Assembly: GCA_036507075.1 (NCBI GenBank)
Contig: DASXQR010000226.1
Coordinates: 1-23,723 of the forward strand
Length of the DNA: 23,723 nucleotides
Source: Acidobacteriota bacterium
Lineage (GTDB): Bacteria; Acidobacteriota; UBA6911; JACQSX01
Direction: 5' to 3'
Below the pieces are notes generated by a model. The model was not told the DNA's origin. It was given only the letters and a program-made list of their open reading frames with translations, and ran no database searches. The position numbers and the translations under genes were made by a program. Below are positions 20,530 to 23,723 of this stretch, piece by piece; the first letter of the stretch is position 1; each line of letters begins with the position of its first letter.

Positions 20530-23500
20530 ATGAAAGTAAAAGTTTCCTGCCTCTGGGCTTTCTTGTTGTTTTGCTCGCTCTCAGTCACGCCAGCGTTATG
20601 GGGACAGGTGGGGATAGATGGGTCAATTCTCGGCGTGGTGAAGGATAAAACAGGGGCCGTGGTCCCCGGTGTCGAGGTGCGCGTGATTAATCTGAACACC
20701 GGGTTGACCAAGTCTGCCATTACCGACGAGGCCGGCTATTTTGAGATCCTCGCCCTGCCTCGCGGGATCTATTCGGTGGCCGCCTCTTTGCCCGCTTTCA
20801 AGACCTGGAAGCTGGAGCGCACCGAACTGACGGTGGGCGAGCAGAAGAGAGTCGCTCCGGAGCTCGAAGTGGGCGAGGTTTCCGATGAAGTCCATGTCGA
20901 AGCACAGGCCGAGCTGATCCAGACGGAAAGAGCCTCGCTTGACTCTGTCATCCAGGAAAAGCAGATTCGCGATCTTCCGCTGAGCGGCCGCAATCCGATA
21001 TCTCTGGTTCGCCTGGTTCCGGGCATGCGATTCGTTGATGTGGGAGGACTGGCTCGTGAGCACACGGTGCAGGGCTTGGGGCAGCGGGACGACGCCACCG
21101 AGTTCAGCGTGGACGGCATGAATGTAAACGACCCGAGCAACGAAAAAGGCATTGCGTTCCCCAATCTCGACACGGTGGCGGAATTCAGCGTGGAAACCTC
21201 GAACTTCAGCGCCGAGCACGGCCGCAATCCCATTCAGGTGTTGATGGTAACTAAGACCGGCGGCAATCAGATCCACGGCACCGCCTTCGAATTTCATCAA
21301 AACGCCGCGCTCGACGCTCGCAATGCGTTTGCGGTGGGGAACAAGCCGAAGCTGATTCACAACCAGTATGGTTTTACCCTGGGCGGGCCGGTCTTGAAGA
21401 ACAAGGTCTTTTTCTTTGGAAGTTTTGAAGGGACGCGCGTTCGCACCGAGACGATTTACAATTCGGTGACTGTCACGGAAGCGATGCTGCGCGGCGATTT
21501 TTCCGCCATTTCCCGAAGGATCACAGATCCGGTGACAAAGCAGCCTTTTCCGGGAAACATCATCCCGGAGAATCGTTTCTCGAATGCATCGAAGTTTTTC
21601 TTTCCCTACATATTAAAACCGAATTTTGCACCCGTACTTGCGGATGGTACGGTAGGTCCCAAGAATCGTTTTCGCGACGTCGCTCCCCGTCCCAACGATC
21701 TGTACAATTATTCGCTGCGACTGGATGACCAGATAACATCGAATCAGCGCGTCTATATCCGCTGGGTCCGGTTGACTCAGGACCAGATTAACCTCGGTTA
21801 TCGTCCCGGAGTCTTTCAGGACCAGGAGCTTGGACAGCACAACGTCGCGTTGAATTACAACTGGAGCATCACGCCCACCATGCTGTTCACGCTCTCGGGT
21901 GGCTTCCTTTATTCGGATACGACCAATCAGAGTCCCGTAACTGGAAAGGAGAATCTCACCCAGCAGGCAGGCATCCGCGGGTTCCCTACCGAGGGAAGAG
22001 CGGACTCGGTCGGCCTGCCCAACGTCACTTTCACCGGCTACACAGGATTCTCGGTGGCTTCAAATACTCCGGGTCGATTCCGCCGTGAGATCATTGATCT
22101 GAAATCGGGCCTCAACCTGGTACGCCGCAATCATTCCATCGGATTTGGATACTCGTTTGACGACCGTAGAACCCTGGCGAGGCATTCTTCGGCCTCCGCG
22201 CGGGGTACATTCACTTTCAACGGTCAATATACCGGAGACCCGTTTGCCGATTACCTGCTGGGCCTTGTCCAGTTCGGCGAGCGGAACTATCCGCTGCAGG
22301 ATTTCGGAATGGCGCACTCGCCCTACTCCTCCCTTTATGTGCAGGACTTTTGGAAAGTGGTGCCGAGCGTAACTCTCGGGCTGGGAGTGCGGTTGGATTA
22401 CTGGCATGAGAAGGCGTTTGTGCGCGGAAGCGGAGCCACTTTTGACGTCAGTCGAGGGAAGGTAATCGCCGGGGAGAACAGCAAGGGTCAAGTTGATCTG
22501 ACATCCCAGCCGGTAGCGCCGTTTTTGTATGAGGCGACCAAATCACTGATCATTACGGCCACCGATGCGGGTGTGCCCGGCGGTCTCTTTAAGCCAAGGG
22601 GTTTTCTGTCTCCGCGCCTGGGAGCCGCATGGCGTGTTACCGGGACGAACGATCTGGTAGTGCGGGCCGGTTACGGCATTTTCACCACCATGTTCAACGG
22701 AAACATCACCGGCTCGCAAATCATCGGCCCGCCGTTCTGGACGTTCGAACGCCAGACCCTCGGTACGGCCACGTTGCAATCCTGGGAGACGCTCTGGCCA
22801 CAGGATCCGAGGCTGTTCATCGCGCCTTCGGTCGCGGCGGCGGCCTTCGATGTTCTGCCGGAAAAAATTCACGAATGGAATGTTTCCATTCAGAAGGCTT
22901 TGCCATTCAGGACCGCCGTAACGGTTTCCTATGTCGGAAACCGTGGCGTCGGTTTGATCACTCGGAATGACCACAACGAGGTCGCCCCCGGACAGTACGC
23001 CAACCTGCAGGCGGCGCGGCCCTTCCCCACGCTGGGCACGGTGCGGATTTATGAAAATATCGGTCGCTCCTGGTACAACGCGCTGCAGTTAAGAGTGGAT
23101 CGAAGGTTCTCGCGCGGTCTTGCATACAATCTCGGTTACGTTTTCGCCAGGAATATCGATGAAAACGGAGCGAGCACGACGGATTTTCCCGCGCCCTTTG
23201 CGCCGAAAGGCTACGACCGCGGGCGTTCGCAACTGGAGCGGAGGCACATCCTCAGCTCGCACGCGGTCTACGAAATTCCGGTGGGTCGGGGACGGACCTT
23301 CCTGAGCGTCCTGCATCCGGTGGTCAACGGGGTGCTGGGCGGCTGGCAGCTCTCGGGTATTTACATTTTTACCTCAGGGACGCCGCTCACCTTCATGGTG
23401 GCATCACCGGCCGGCACGCTTGGCAACGGCCTGACCACACGCGCCGACCTGGTAGGCGATCCGAAGCTGGCGCATCCGTCGACGGCGCTCTGGTTTAATA

Positions 23501-23723
23501 AGAGCGCATTGGTCGCGCCGCCGCTGTACAGGTATGGTAACTCCGGACAAGGGCTGATCGATGGGCCGGCAGACCATACGATAGATCTCGCACTGATGAA
23601 AAATTTCAATTTCACCGAAGAACGGTTTTTGCAGTTTCGCTGGGAAGTCTTCAACGCGATCAACAAAGTGAACTTGAACGAGCCCGACACCAGAATCGGC
23701 GTGGCCACCGCCGGCCAGATCTT
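20530..23723 (+). CDS. TonB-dependent receptor, Oar-like, with N-terminal carboxypeptidase-regulatory-like domain (3' end beyond the window)
   Basis: Absent from the ORF track because there is no stop in the window. SD AGGGAGGGA then ATG 20530: MKVKVSCLWAFLLFCSLSVTPALWGQ..GSILGVVKDKTGAVVPGVEV..IRDLPLSGRN..FSAEHGR..VTKTGGNQIHG..NQYGFTLGGP; the same frame at the window end reads DLALMKNFNFTEERFLQFRWEVFNAINKVN..AGQI, close to the C-terminus. Confidence 0.95.
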   Translation, partial: MKVKVSCLWAFLLFCSLSVTPALWGQVGIDGSILGVVKDKTGAVVPGVEVRVINLNTGLTKSAITDEAGYFEILALPRGIYSVAASLPAFKTWKLERTELTVGEQKRVAPELEVGEVSDEVHVEAQAELIQTERASLDSVIQEKQIRDLPLSGRNPISLVRLVPGMRFVDVGGLAREHTVQGLGQRDDATEFSVDGMNVNDPSNEKGIAFPNLDTVAEFSVETSNFSAEHGRNPIQVLMVTKTGGNQIHGTAFEFHQNAALDARNAFAVGNKPKLIHNQYGFTLGGPVLKNKVFFFGSFEGTRVRTETIYNSVTVTEAMLRGDFSAISRRITDPVTKQPFPGNIIPENRFSNASKFFFPYILKPNFAPVLADGTVGPKNRFRDVAPRPNDLYNYSLRLDDQITSNQRVYIRWVRLTQDQINLGYRPGVFQDQELGQHNVALNYNWSITPTMLFTLSGGFLYSDTTNQSPVTGKENLTQQAGIRGFPTEGRADSVGLPNVTFTGYTGFSVASNTPGRFRREIIDLKSGLNLVRRNHSIGFGYSFDDRRTLARHSSASARGTFTFNGQYTGDPFADYLLGLVQFGERNYPLQDFGMAHSPYSSLYVQDFWKVVPSVTLGLGVRLDYWHEKAFVRGSGATFDVSRGKVIAGENSKGQVDLTSQPVAPFLYEATKSLIITATDAGVPGGLFKPRGFLSPRLGAAWRVTGTNDLVVRAGYGIFTTMFNGNITGSQIIGPPFWTFERQTLGTATLQSWETLWPQDPRLFIAPSVAAAAFDVLPEKIHEWNVSIQKALPFRTAVTVSYVGNRGVGLITRNDHNEVAPGQYANLQAARPFPTLGTVRIYENIGRSWYNALQLRVDRRFSRGLAYNLGYVFARNIDENGASTTDFPAPFAPKGYDRGRSQLERRHILSSHAVYEIPVGRGRTFLSVLHPVVNGVLGGWQLSGIYIFTSGTPLTFMVASPAGTLGNGLTTRADLVGDPKLAHPSTALWFNKSALVAPPLYRYGNSGQGLIDGPADHTIDLALMKNFNFTEERFLQFRWEVFNAINKVNLNEPDTRIGVATAGQI

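Noticed and set aside
20091..23708. Minus-strand and short plus-strand ORFs over the right end (e.g. 20623..21360)
   Set aside because: Shadows of the creatininase-family gene and of the TonB-dependent receptor frame starting at 20530.

Overview
Bacterial genomic DNA, mostly GC-rich and probably Acidobacteriota (inferred from an Oar-type TonB-dependent receptor, TPR tails ending in ..LRSDPRF.. and the style of the secreted proteins). From left to right: (1) a lower-GC RHH antitoxin/PIN toxin module with a palindromic operator, lying between two decayed TPR gene remnants. (2) A minus-strand run of an EhpF/GriC-like adenylating enzyme, a CxxC-bearing GT4 glycosyltransferase and a LolD-type ABC ATPase. 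(3) A secreted hypothetical protein, a CntA/choline-monooxygenase-like Rieske oxygenase and an APC permease. (4) A Tat-exported GGT-family Ntn-hydrolase whose glutamate-binding residues are all replaced. (5) A divergent uptake and catabolic cluster: SSS symporter, 847-aa secreted (alpha/alpha)6-like protein and Tat amidohydrolase on the minus strand, then SMP-30 lactonase, SDR, creatininase-family hydrolase and a TonB-dependent receptor on the plus strand. The receptor runs off the right edge and is missing from the ORF track. Nearly every intergenic gap holds palindromic elements built from 6-, 7- or 9-nt tandem units, some nested. One element supplies the start codon and signal peptide of the 847-aa protein and another supplies the C-terminus of the GGT. 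No rRNA, tRNA, CRISPR array or transposase was seen.
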